Below are positions 17,805 through 27,158 of a stretch of DNA of 57,608 nt, piece by piece. Both the position numbers and the translations under genes were made by a program. The stretch is from Myxococcales bacterium (GTDB taxonomy: Bacteria > Desulfobacterota > Binatia > HRBIN30). Each line of letters starts with the position of its first letter. The first letter of the stretch is position 1. The stretch lies in the NCBI GenBank assembly GCA_037445065.1, contig JBBILD010000024.1:1-57608 (forward strand), in the 5' to 3' direction. The notes under the pieces are model-generated. The model made no database searches and was not told the origin of the DNA. It saw only the letters and a list, made by a program, of their open reading frames with translations.

Positions 17805-19176
17805 CAGCGCCAAACGCTGCCAGCAAACCCACGTAGGCGCCGGCTGCAACCAGCGCTGCACTCGTGCCCGCCCCGAGGACGTTGGGGATGGGCCAGGTCG
17901 CAATGCCCGCCAGCACAGGGCGCCAGGCTTGCCTTACAGCATCGAGTACGGTGGCTCGGGTATTGGGCAGGAAGAACCAGCAACAGAAACCCAACACCGA
18001 ACTCGCCAAAGTGGCCGCGCCAGCGCCTGCGGCCCCGTATGCAGGAATCCAGAACAGGTTGAGGCCGATGTTCGCGGCCACCGCTAAGGCGCTCACCAGC
18101 AGCATCGAGCGCAACCAGCGGGCAATCAGAAATTCGTTCAAAAACACGGAACCGAGGAAGGCAAAGAACATATTCGAGCCCAGAAAAGCGAGTGCCGGTG
18201 CCCCGGCCCGAAACGGCTCGCCGAAAATCAGGCCGAGCATCGTTTCCCCCCACCACACGCATGAGGACACCACCGGCACGGCGATCACGGCTAAGTACCG
18301 AAAGGCGAGCTGGCGGGCGCGTCGGTAGCGCTCGGGCCGCGAATGGAACGAAGCGGCCATCACAGGAAGAAGCGAAAGCATGGCCGCCTCAGGCATCAAC
18401 GCGAAGGCCTCCGCCAGGCGCACAGCGGCTGCGTACAAGGCCAGCTCGTGGGCGTCGCGCCAGCGGAATAGGAGAACCTGATCCACCCGCATGGCCGCGA
18501 GGAACAGAAAGGAAAGCGTGCCAAGCTGCAGCCCATCTCCCACCAGCAGCCTCAGTACGTCCCGGTGCAGGCTCCAGCGGATTGCACCCTCGCGCAAAAG
18601 CAGCGCGAGGATGATTCCGCTCAAAATTATGGAGTTGATGAGTCCGGCGGCAAAAACGGACACCAGAGGCCACTGCATCCACAGACACATGCCAACCAAG
18701 GCCAAAAAGAGCAGCGAGGAAGCAAGGGTCAGCGGGTACAGGCGGTCCATTTGCAGGCGGGCCTGAAAGTAGGCGCGGCCGATCGGATCGAACGACAGCG
18801 GGAAGACCCCCAATCCCAGCAAGTAGCAAGCGAGTACAGCGCTGGAGAGAGCAAGCAACCGCGCCACGACGAGACCAACCAGGACCGTGACCACACCCAG
18901 CGTGAAACGCAGAGCGAGCGCGTTGGCGATGAGCACCGGTACACGCTCTGGCTGGCGAGCCAGTTCCCGTACAAGCACCCTTTCCACGCCGAGATCGCTG
19001 ACAAAGCCGACCAGCAGCAAGAGCACCCCAACGTACGAGTATGTGCCGAACTCTTCTGGGCCGAGCCCGCGTGCCAGCACAAACACCAGCAGGAAGTTGA
19101 GGCTCTTGTGCGACACCATGCCGGCCAAGCTGACCAACGACTGGCTGAGCACTCGGGCGGAACCGTACCGGATCAT
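17716..19176 (-). CDS. wzx: Wzx/MATE-type oligosaccharide flippase
   Basis: About 12-14 hydrophobic segments; ARGLGPEEFG, DLG, RVDQVLL, YAAAVRL, NIGLNLFWIPAYGAAGAG. Confidence 0.88.
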   Translation of the reverse strand: MIRYGSARVLSQSLVSLAGMVSHKSLNFLLVFVLARGLGPEEFGTYSYVGVLLLLVGFVSDLGVERVLVRELARQPERVPVLIANALALRFTLGVVTVLVGLVVARLLALSSAVLACYLLGLGVFPLSFDPIGRAYFQARLQMDRLYPLTLASSLLFLALVGMCLWMQWPLVSVFAAGLINSIILSGIILALLLREGAIRWSLHRDVLRLLVGDGLQLGTLSFLFLAAMRVDQVLLFRWRDAHELALYAAAVRLAEAFALMPEAAMLSLLPVMAASFHSRPERYRRARQLAFRYLAVIAVPVVSSCVWWGETMLGLIFGEPFRAGAPALAFLGSNMFFAFLGSVFLNEFLIARWLRSMLLVSALAVAANIGLNLFWIPAYGAAGAGAATLASSVLGFCCWFFLPNTRATVLDAVRQAWRPVLAGIATWPIPNVLGAGTSAALVAAGAYVGLLAAFGAVTAEDGKRWMAALKGVRPPWFPNPRKSGG

Positions 19177-19242
19177 GCATTCGCCCGAGCCGCCTGCACT
19201 GCCTGCGGCCACGTTGCTTCGCCACAGCCCAGCGCCGGCTGC

Positions 19243-20169
19243 TTATTGCAAGCCCAAGTCACGCAACGGAAGCTGACCCCGCACGCCATCGAAAAAGCCC
19301 CGCAGTAGCCAGAGATACGACTTGATCCGCTCCCGCCGCAACAGTGCGAGCACGATCCACCAACCGACACCAGCAAAGAACAAGGTCACGAATTTGGTCA
19401 GTTGCAAGAGCGTGCCGTGTTTCTTGGCGAACAAAATGCTGTTCCGCCCGAGGAAATACAAAACTGGAAACTGCTTTTCTCGGTTTGGGTTCGCGGCACC
19501 GAAGCCCTGGTGATAAATGATGGCGTGGCCGTTGTAGACGATCCGGAAGCCCGCTTTGCGAGCGCGCTCGCACCAGTCCACGTCTTCGTGGTAGCCGAAG
19601 AAACTCTCATCAAAGCCGCCGACTCGTTCGATGGCTGCGCGCTTCATCATGACCCCGTTGCCGATCACCCAATCTACGTCCTTGACGCAGGTGAACTCCG
19701 GACCGTCCGGCTGGCGGGAGCCGACCAGTTCCACCAAGTCACGGTGGTAACGAATCTCCCCGTAAGCACCCCAGACGATGCGGTGGTCTTCGAGCAAGAT
19801 GTTCTTCGAGCCCACCGCTCCGATGCGTGGGTCGGATTCCGCCACGCGGACCAGTTCGTCTAGCAAGTCGGGGTGCAACTCGGTGTCATTGTTGAGCAGC
19901 AACACATAGTCCGCGCCGCGCTCGAGTGCGTCACGGATCCCCCGGTTGTTGCCTCCACAAAAACCGAGGTTCTTTTCCATGACCAACACCCGCTGCTCGG
20001 GGAAGTGCAGGCGGATGGCTTCCACGCTGCCGTCCGTGGAGGCGTTGTCCACTACGGTCGCGCTCCAATTTGGGTAGCGGATGCGGGGCAAGGTAGCGAG
20101 GCAGCGCAAAACATCCTCCTTGCCGTTCCAGTTCAAAATCACAATAGCCACGTGCGCGGGTGACCTCAT
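19243..20169 (-). CDS. GT2 glycosyltransferase (WbbL/rhamnosyltransferase-like)
   Basis: ILNWNG, VDNASTD, NLGFCGGNN, LLNND, FDESFFGYHEDVDW. Confidence 0.92.
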   Translation of the reverse strand: MRSPAHVAIVILNWNGKEDVLRCLATLPRIRYPNWSATVVDNASTDGSVEAIRLHFPEQRVLVMEKNLGFCGGNNRGIRDALERGADYVLLLNNDTELHPDLLDELVRVAESDPRIGAVGSKNILLEDHRIVWGAYGEIRYHRDLVELVGSRQPDGPEFTCVKDVDWVIGNGVMMKRAAIERVGGFDESFFGYHEDVDWCERARKAGFRIVYNGHAIIYHQGFGAANPNREKQFPVLYFLGRNSILFAKKHGTLLQLTKFVTLFFAGVGWWIVLALLRRERIKSYLWLLRGFFDGVRGQLPLRDLGLQ

Positions 20170-20173
20170 TGCC

Positions 20174-21112
20174 TCACTGCGCAGCGCCTCGCTGGTGAGA
20201 GGAGCGGTCCAAGCCCAAGGCTTCCACCGGCACGGGGCGGCGCAGCAAGCCATCCCGGATGCCCAGCAAGCGTAAGCGGAACCCCGGCAGCTCGTGCCGG
20301 CGATAGCGAAGCCATGCGTCCTTGCACAGGTTCACGGTCAAGTGGAGGGCGTACTTCAGTTGCTCTCCGGTAGAGGCATTCTTGCGCACGAACAGAATTG
20401 CGTTTCTCGCGGAGAGGTACGTAATCGGGCTCAGGTATCCGCCTCCTGTGGACGCGTGCATGCGGTGGTACACGACTGCGCTCGGCACGTAGCGCACGCG
20501 GTAGCCTGCACGCCGCGCACGAACACACCAGTCGAGGTCCTCGTGGTAAGCAAAGAACTCTTCATCGAACCAACCCACCTCTCGTAGAGCACGCGCGCGA
20601 AGCAACATGGCGCAGCCGGATACGTAATCCACGTCCTCCTGCTCCGAGAACAGAGACACGTCGTCTTCCATCCATCCACGCTGCTGCACGAGGGGACCGT
20701 GGTACGTGAGCACCCCATACGCTGTGTGAATGCGGGGCGGCGTTTCCTGGGTAAGGGTCTTCGCTCCCGCCACGCCGATGCGATCGTCCGCTTCCACCGC
20801 GCGAACCAGCTCTGCCAGGCAATTCGGCGCCGCCACCGCATCGTTATTGATCAAAAACACGCCGTCCGCTTGTTGGGCGAGTGCGGATCGAATCCCAGCG
20901 TTTGCGCCGGCAGCAAAGCCGAGGTTCCGTTCCAACTGCACGACACGCACCCGCTCTGGTTCTCGAGGCAGCAGGGGGCGTGGATCTTCCTCCGAGCCGT
21001 TGTCCACCACGACCACCTGCCGCGGGGTCAGGGAGCCGGCGAGCAGGCTCTGCACGCATGCTCGCGTTAGCTCTGCCTGATTCCAATTCACCACAACCGC
21101 GTCAATCCGCAT
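20174..21112 (-). CDS. GT2 glycosyltransferase (WbbL-like)
   Basis: VVNWN, VDNGS, NLGFAAGAN, INND, FDEEFFAYHEDLDW. Confidence 0.92.
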   Translation of the reverse strand: MRIDAVVVNWNQAELTRACVQSLLAGSLTPRQVVVVDNGSEEDPRPLLPREPERVRVVQLERNLGFAAGANAGIRSALAQQADGVFLINNDAVAAPNCLAELVRAVEADDRIGVAGAKTLTQETPPRIHTAYGVLTYHGPLVQQRGWMEDDVSLFSEQEDVDYVSGCAMLLRARALREVGWFDEEFFAYHEDLDWCVRARRAGYRVRYVPSAVVYHRMHASTGGGYLSPITYLSARNAILFVRKNASTGEQLKYALHLTVNLCKDAWLRYRRHELPGFRLRLLGIRDGLLRRPVPVEALGLDRSSHQRGAAQ

Positions 21113-21127
21113 ACTGGTTCGGTTTGC

Positions 21128-21949
21128 TCAAGCAGGTCGGCGGGCCACGGCTAGTACGCCTCCGGCGATGATCCAGGGGGAAAGCGTATTGGCCACTCGC
21201 TGCAGGAGGCGCCCCTTGCGGTTGAGTTCCCAGCGCTTGCGGCCCGGTGCCATGTCGAACATCCCAACCCGGTACCCGAAGAATGATGAGGAGTCGACCC
21301 ACAGCCCCTTCCCCAACGGGGGATGGAACTCGTCCGCATGCACGGACAGGACCTCGAAGCCTGCTTGGCGGAGAAACCCAGATAACTCACGCGCGGAAAA
21401 GCGGTACTCGGCAAATTCCAGACGAAGTCCCTGACGCCGCTTTTGCCAGTCGCGCAGCCGCCTCAGGTGGTTGATCAGCAGCCGGCGCCACAAGTTGTTG
21501 TAGGGCACGGCAACCAGCGCCACGCCACCCGGGCGCAACACCCGCCACAACTCGCGCAGAGCCGGCACCGGTCCTGCCTCCTCGTGTTCGACCACACCCA
21601 AGGAGATCACTCCGCCCAGAGCGCCGTCTGCGATCGGCAACCGGTTGGTGTCCCCCACAAACACCCATCCTCGGGCTCCATTTGCCGCCGCTGCAGAGAT
21701 GGCGGCCCGCGCGCGGTCGACCCCGAAGACTCGATAACCGTGCTGGCGCAAAAAGATCACCCAGCGGGCAAGGCCGCATCCCGCGTCGAGCACGGCTGTG
21801 TCAGGCGGCAGCTCGCGCAAAAACACAGGTAATGTCGTTTCGTGCGCGCAAAGTTCTACGTGGTCGGCGACCGAATCAAAGCTCCAGAAGATCTGGCTCG
21901 CTTCGATACCGGTGTTCACGGTGAAATATTTGAAGCTCACCTGCTTCAC
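21128..21949 (-). CDS. Class I SAM-dependent methyltransferase
   Basis: VLDAGCG, GVD, GVVEH, RVLRPGG; SD GGAGG; GTG 21949 overlaps the upstream stop (GTGA). Confidence 0.88.
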   Translation of the reverse strand: MKQVSFKYFTVNTGIEASQIFWSFDSVADHVELCAHETTLPVFLRELPPDTAVLDAGCGLARWVIFLRQHGYRVFGVDRARAAISAAAANGARGWVFVGDTNRLPIADGALGGVISLGVVEHEEAGPVPALRELWRVLRPGGVALVAVPYNNLWRRLLINHLRRLRDWQKRRQGLRLEFAEYRFSARELSGFLRQAGFEVLSVHADEFHPPLGKGLWVDSSSFFGYRVGMFDMAPGRKRWELNRKGRLLQRVANTLSPWIIAGGVLAVARRPA

Positions 21950-22890
21950 CTCCGCCTCAGGCCGAGTTCTGCAAACGGGATCGGCCGCCCGCGCAGGGCA
22001 TCCCACATACCTCGTACTTTGTAGGTCACGCCGGCCTGTTCTCCAGTGAGCAAGCGGCGCACGTATTGAAGCGGTAAGGTGGCAATCTGGAAGGCGACGA
22101 ATTTGCACTTCTGTAGCGGACTCGCGTGCTTGCGAACGAACAGGACCATATTGCGGCCAGCTAAGTATTGGCGCGGGCTCACGTACCGCTTACCGCCCGA
22201 ACTCCCGTGGCCTTTGTGTAAAATTCGTCCCTGCGGAGCAAAAACCACCCGATACCCCTTTTTGCGGGCGGCGGTACACCAGTCCACATCTTCGTGGTAC
22301 GCGAAAAACTCCTCGTCGAAGAGGCCCACTTCTTCCAACGCTTGGCGGCTGAGCAGCACTGCGGTGCCCGGCACCCATTCGACATCGCGTTGGGCGGCGA
22401 AACGCTCATCATCTTTCCAGTAGTAACCAATTAACCGGACCAGCCCTTGCCGGTACGTCACCTCCCCGTACGCAACCCAAACCCGAGTCGGGTCATCCCA
22501 AGCTAACACTTTCACCCCCACTGCAGCGATGCGCCGATCTTGCCGGGCCACTTGCACGGCTTGGCGAATGGCATCTGGCTCCACAACTGTGTCGTTGTTC
22601 AGCACAAAGACATACTCGTGCCCGCGTGCAAGAGCGTAGCGAATGCCAGCGTTGTTTCCGCCGGCATAGCCGATGTTTTCTGGCAACCCCAAGTACTTCA
22701 CCTCGGGGAAGCGCTCGAGGATGATTTCCTTCGGGTCTGGCTGCGAGCCGTTGTCAACGACAATCCACTCGGCATTCGGGTAATCCGACCGGACCAAGCT
22801 CGCTAAGCACTCCAGCGTGTCGCTGGTGCCGTTCCAGTTCAGGACGACCACACCGACCTTTGGCCAGTCTGGCACAGCGCGGTCACGCAC
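21946..22890 (-). CDS. GT2 glycosyltransferase (WbbL-like)
   Basis: VLNWNG, VDNGS, NIGYAGGNN, LNND, FDEEFFAYHEDVDW. Confidence 0.92.
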   Translation of the reverse strand: MRDRAVPDWPKVGVVVLNWNGTSDTLECLASLVRSDYPNAEWIVVDNGSQPDPKEIILERFPEVKYLGLPENIGYAGGNNAGIRYALARGHEYVFVLNNDTVVEPDAIRQAVQVARQDRRIAAVGVKVLAWDDPTRVWVAYGEVTYRQGLVRLIGYYWKDDERFAAQRDVEWVPGTAVLLSRQALEEVGLFDEEFFAYHEDVDWCTAARKKGYRVVFAPQGRILHKGHGSSGGKRYVSPRQYLAGRNMVLFVRKHASPLQKCKFVAFQIATLPLQYVRRLLTGEQAGVTYKVRGMWDALRGRPIPFAELGLRRR

Positions 22891-23974
22891 GTGTCACCTC
22901 GCGATATACCTCGAGGGTAGCTTTCGCCGTCTTTCGCCAACTAAACTGCCGCGCTCGCTCCAGTCCGGCTTCCCGCAACTGCCTCCGCAAACCACTGTCT
23001 CCGGCCACGCGGGCGATCGCGTCGGCGAGGCTCGGCACGTCGAAATCAAAAAAATACGCCGCCTCACCAATCACTTCCGGAAGGGAGCCGGCGCGAGGCG
23101 CGAGCACAGGACACCCGCTTTGCATGGCTTCGAGAAAAGACAGACCAAACCCTTCGTAACGGCTCGGGCTGCAAAAGGCGACTGCGTGACGATATAACGC
23201 CGCTAGTTCTTCGTCCGTGACCTCCCCGAGGTAGTTCACTCCGGGGGGCGGCGACTGGACAAACGAGGGTCGGTAATCCGGGCGAAGCCGGCCGGCAATC
23301 ACAAGGTTCAGTTCCGGATTGCGATCCCGCAGCGAGGAAAACGCGCTCACTAAGTCCGCAACGCCTTTGCGCGGTTGTACAGTGCCAGCGTACAGCAAGT
23401 AGGGGAGTCGGACTCCTAGGCGCTCGAGAGTCGCCGGGTCGGAACCTTGTGGTTCTGAGCAAAACACGGAAGCCGCGGCCAAAGGAGCGACACGCAGGCG
23501 CGGGCTAATCGAGGGGAAAGCCTTACAAAGGTCGGCACGAGAATGCTCGCTGTCGGTCAGGACCGCGCGAGCCAAGCGCACGGTGCGCGGCAACAATGCG
23601 CGCAGGTGGAGGCGCTGCAGCACCGAGAAGGTACGCGGAAAGCGCAGCACGGCAAGGTCGTGGATCGTGACCACGTATGGGGCGCACTGAACGGGGGGCA
23701 AGATCCCCTTTGTACCGTGGTACAAGTCTAGCTTTCTGCCTCGCATGGCGAGCGCCACTTTGAGGTCCCACCACGCTTGCTCCCAGGTCCGCCGCAGCGG
23801 GACATGAACGAGGGAAATTCGCCCGCCAGCGAGCGGGGCGAGGGCGCTCGGCTGATCCGTGAAGATGATCAGCTCGAGGTCTGCATCCAAGCGTGACAAG
23901 GCTCGAACCAATTCCACCCCGTACCGAGCTGGCCCACCTCGGATGCTTGCCATCACCCCGATCCCGGCACGCAT
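22883..23974 (-). CDS. GT4 glycosyltransferase (MtfB/WbpY-like)
   Basis: VVTIHDL, GTVQPRKG, PSRYEGFGLSFLEAMQSG, FSWRKTA. Confidence 0.9.
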   Translation of the reverse strand: MRAGIGVMASIRGGPARYGVELVRALSRLDADLELIIFTDQPSALAPLAGGRISLVHVPLRRTWEQAWWDLKVALAMRGRKLDLYHGTKGILPPVQCAPYVVTIHDLAVLRFPRTFSVLQRLHLRALLPRTVRLARAVLTDSEHSRADLCKAFPSISPRLRVAPLAAASVFCSEPQGSDPATLERLGVRLPYLLYAGTVQPRKGVADLVSAFSSLRDRNPELNLVIAGRLRPDYRPSFVQSPPPGVNYLGEVTDEELAALYRHAVAFCSPSRYEGFGLSFLEAMQSGCPVLAPRAGSLPEVIGEAAYFFDFDVPSLADAIARVAGDSGLRRQLREAGLERARQFSWRKTAKATLEVYREVTRA

Positions 23975-24897
23975 GGTTGCACCACTGGAAGGCCTGACAA
24001 AGCGCCGCCTCTTCCGCGCAGGCCAGTCCAAGCTCCACGCAGTAGCGCCCGGACAACTGGCCAGTCCAAACGTACCGCAGCGAACAACACGCTCATGACG
24101 ATGAGACCCTCGACCAGCGGACCCAGGAGCAAGTAGTGGTACCAACGTGCGTGCCGGCGGAAGAGCAAGTGCACGTTGCGTGCCTTGAGCTCTGCGCTGA
24201 CCGCTGTCAGTCCGCGCCGGAACCCTCGCCAGCCCCCGTGGTACACACGCGCCGCCGGCACCACAACGGTTCGAATGCCGTGCCGGCGCGCCCGCATGGC
24301 CAAGTCGACTTCTTCGTAATAGGCAAACAAGTCTTCCCAAAACCCTCCCAGCCGCTGCCAGGCTGCAGCGCTAAAAAACAGCGTACAACCGAGCAATCCT
24401 GAAACCGCGTAGTAAGGCACAGCCGTGTCGGGTACCTGCGCGAAAGCCCAGCGTCTCGGCCAGGCCAAATACCAAAGGCTTGCGCGCTCGCCGGCGGAGA
24501 GGAGAGAGCCGCTGTCGCGGTCGTACACCACAGGTCCTGCCAGCACGGCCTCCCCGAGCTGCGGAGCCACCTGTTGAAAAGCCGCCAAAGTCGCAGGCTC
24601 CAAGACTGTATCTTGCGTAGTCAAGAGAACCCAGCGGGCGCCGCGTGCAAGAGCGCGCCCGACTCCCACGTTCGCACCACCAGCAAAACCGACGTTCTTT
24701 TCGTTCCACAAGATCTCGCTGCGCTCGCTCTCCGGCACCAGTGCTCGAAGTTGCGCCCTTTGCAACGGGTGGGACGCGTTATCCACTACCACCAGGAACC
24801 AATCTTGCGTGGTTTGTGCGTGCAAGGAGCGCATGAGTTCGCGCAGCGGCTCGGCGCCATTCCAGTGTACAACCACGACGGCGAGAGAGTGGTTCAT
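23953..24897 (-). CDS. GT2 glycosyltransferase (divergent WbbL-like)
   Basis: VVHWNG, VDNAS, NVGFAGGAN, FWEDLFAYYEEVD. Confidence 0.87.
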   Translation of the reverse strand: MNHSLAVVVVHWNGAEPLRELMRSLHAQTTQDWFLVVVDNASHPLQRAQLRALVPESERSEILWNEKNVGFAGGANVGVGRALARGARWVLLTTQDTVLEPATLAAFQQVAPQLGEAVLAGPVVYDRDSGSLLSAGERASLWYLAWPRRWAFAQVPDTAVPYYAVSGLLGCTLFFSAAAWQRLGGFWEDLFAYYEEVDLAMRARRHGIRTVVVPAARVYHGGWRGFRRGLTAVSAELKARNVHLLFRRHARWYHYLLLGPLVEGLIVMSVLFAAVRLDWPVVRALLRGAWTGLRGRGGALSGLPVVQPCVPGSG

Positions 24898-26033
24898 TGC
24901 TGGCCGGCCTCTAATACCAAGTCGCGGAATCTTGCGCCCTGGCAACGAACGGAGAAACGGTCCTCCATCAGACGAGCCGCCCGGCTGCCAAGCTGCAGCC
25001 GAACATCCCGATCCCGTGCCAGCATTTCCAGGGCATCCGCGAGTGCTTGAGCATCACGGGGCCGAACGAGCCAAATATCCTCCCCGTGGCTGAAGACCTC
25101 GCGCACCGCCGGAGTGTCAGCCGTCACAACCGGGCGGCCCACCGCCGCACTTTGGTAGATCTTGTTCGGGATGACCATGCGCGCCTTCGTTCCATTGTCG
25201 AAGATGCCCAAACACACGTCATGGCTAGCAATCAAGTGCTGCAGTTCCTGGTACGGGACCCACGGCACAAAGGCGACGTGGGCCAGTTGTCGCTCTTCGG
25301 CGTACCGCCTGCACCGCGCGTACTCCCAACCATCCCCACACAGCGTGAAGTGAATTCCACGATCCCTCGGTAGTCGTTCTGCCGCCTCCAGGATGGTACG
25401 TACCCCATGGAGCGGCAGGAACGAACCGAAGAACAAAACTTTGAGTTCGTCTCGCGCAGTCGGTGGTTCGCTGAGGTGAAATACGGACCAGTCCGGCCCC
25501 AAATAAAACACCGCCAGGCGTTCTTCGGAGATGCCAAAGGTGCGCTGCAAGTAACGGGCGTGTTCCTGAGTATCAACGATGACCAGGTCGGAAACCGAGA
25601 GACTTTTGCGGTCCAACCAGCGCAGCAAGCGCGCAAGCCAGGAGCGAGGCGCGAGCCAAGCCCGGTCCTCGACCATGGTTTCGGTGATGGTGGTCAGTGG
25701 CGCGAACAACAAGGGCCGCTGGGGTCGAAGCATGCGGAGCAGCAGCACATCGAGGGAGCCCTGGAAACCCACCAAGTAGGCCGTAAATCCAGAAGCATCT
25801 CGGTGGTACACCCGGGTCAGATGCCATGCAGCGCGGCAATAGCCTAAGGCCTTTCCGATCAGCGAAACGGGTCGGAAGTAGCGGGTGTCTTTGACTGGGT
25901 CTTTTTCCCACACTGGGTAGTGGTACTCAACGACCTGAAACCCGGCTTCCGTGGCAGCCGAGCGGAGAATTCGCGTCACCGTGTACGAGGCAGGATAGGT
26001 TCCAAAAAAACAAATCCGCGCTGCTTGCTGCAC
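24894..26033 (-). CDS. GT4 glycosyltransferase
   Basis: FFGSFLPLHGV, DVCLGIF, VIPNKIYQSAAVGRPVVTADTP. Confidence 0.87.
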   Translation of the reverse strand: MQQAARICFFGTYPASYTVTRILRSAATEAGFQVVEYHYPVWEKDPVKDTRYFRPVSLIGKALGYCRAAWHLTRVYHRDASGFTAYLVGFQGSLDVLLLRMLRPQRPLLFAPLTTITETMVEDRAWLAPRSWLARLLRWLDRKSLSVSDLVIVDTQEHARYLQRTFGISEERLAVFYLGPDWSVFHLSEPPTARDELKVLFFGSFLPLHGVRTILEAAERLPRDRGIHFTLCGDGWEYARCRRYAEERQLAHVAFVPWVPYQELQHLIASHDVCLGIFDNGTKARMVIPNKIYQSAAVGRPVVTADTPAVREVFSHGEDIWLVRPRDAQALADALEMLARDRDVRLQLGSRAARLMEDRFSVRCQGARFRDLVLEAGQQ

Positions 26034-26056
26034 TTCCCAGGTTGCGCAGAGCGTGG

Positions 26057-27064
26057 TCAGGCCTGCGCTCTCGCTTTCTCGTCTCTGCGCGCCTCGACCT
26101 TTTCGGGCTCGGGCACTTTCTCTCCGAGTTCGAGGCAGCGGATGCGGAAGAGTACGTCTTCGATGAGGGCTCGATTGCCCGCAATCAAGTCGGCAACCAA
26201 GCCGATCAAGACGGTTTGAAAGCCGATGATGATGAGAAGGACTGTGAGCAAGAGCGATTGGATGTGCCCGCCGCCTTCTCCGATCCAGTAGAAGTACAAG
26301 AAACGAATCCCTGGGATGAGTCCGAGAAAAATCAATGCACCGCCCACATACGAAAAGACCTTGAGCGGTTCGTACAACGCGTAGATGCGCACGATGGTGG
26401 CGGCGGAGCGTTTCACGTACTCCCAGACGCTGTGGAAGAGCTTCGAGCCCCGCGTTGGGTTCGTGCGTACGGGAACATGGGTGATGGGCAGGCGCTTCTT
26501 GCCCGCCTGGATGATGGTTTCGATCGTGTACGTAAAGTCCGACAGCACGTTCAGCCGCAGGGCAGCCTCACGGCTGAGGGCGCGAAAACCACTGGTCGTA
26601 TCGGGTACGCTGGTTCCCGACAAGGTACGAACCACCCAACTTCCGTAAACCTGGAGCAGGCGTTTTCCCCGGGAGAAATGTTTGACCGTGGCGGGATCGC
26701 GGTCCCCCACGACCATGTCTGCCTTGCCCTCTAAAATTGGCCGAATCAACGCGGGAATGTCCGCGCCATCGTATTGATTGTCCGCGTCCGTGTTGACGAT
26801 CACGTCGGCGCCGAGGCGCAGGCACGCATCGAGGCCGGCGCGAAATGCGCGCGCCAGACCGCGGTTATTTGGAAAGCGCAAGATGTAATCCGCGCCTTCC
26901 CGGCGGGCGACCTCGGAGGTTGCGTCGCGCGAGCCGTCATCAATCACCAGCACCTCTACCACGTCCACGCCCGGAATCCTGCGCGGCAAGTTGCGCAGGG
27001 TTTGAGCCAGATGCTCCTCTTCGTCGTAGCAGGGAATCTGGATAATGAGTTTCTTCGCTCGCAT
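26057..27064 (-). CDS. GT2 polyprenol-phosphate glycosyltransferase (DPM/GtrB-like) with two C-terminal TM helices
   Basis: IPCYDEE, IDDGSRD, NTDADNQY, DTTSGFRA, then two hydrophobic helices. Confidence 0.9.
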   Translation of the reverse strand: MRAKKLIIQIPCYDEEEHLAQTLRNLPRRIPGVDVVEVLVIDDGSRDATSEVARREGADYILRFPNNRGLARAFRAGLDACLRLGADVIVNTDADNQYDGADIPALIRPILEGKADMVVGDRDPATVKHFSRGKRLLQVYGSWVVRTLSGTSVPDTTSGFRALSREAALRLNVLSDFTYTIETIIQAGKKRLPITHVPVRTNPTRGSKLFHSVWEYVKRSAATIVRIYALYEPLKVFSYVGGALIFLGLIPGIRFLYFYWIGEGGGHIQSLLLTVLLIIIGFQTVLIGLVADLIAGNRALIEDVLFRIRCLELGEKVPEPEKVEARRDEKARAQA

Positions 27065-27158
27065 GGAAGCAGCGTCATGCTGTCACTGCGCCTCGCCGCA
27101 GTCAAATCCTGCTCTGATTTGACGCCGGCTCGGCGCCCAGATTAAGAAGCGTTTTCCC

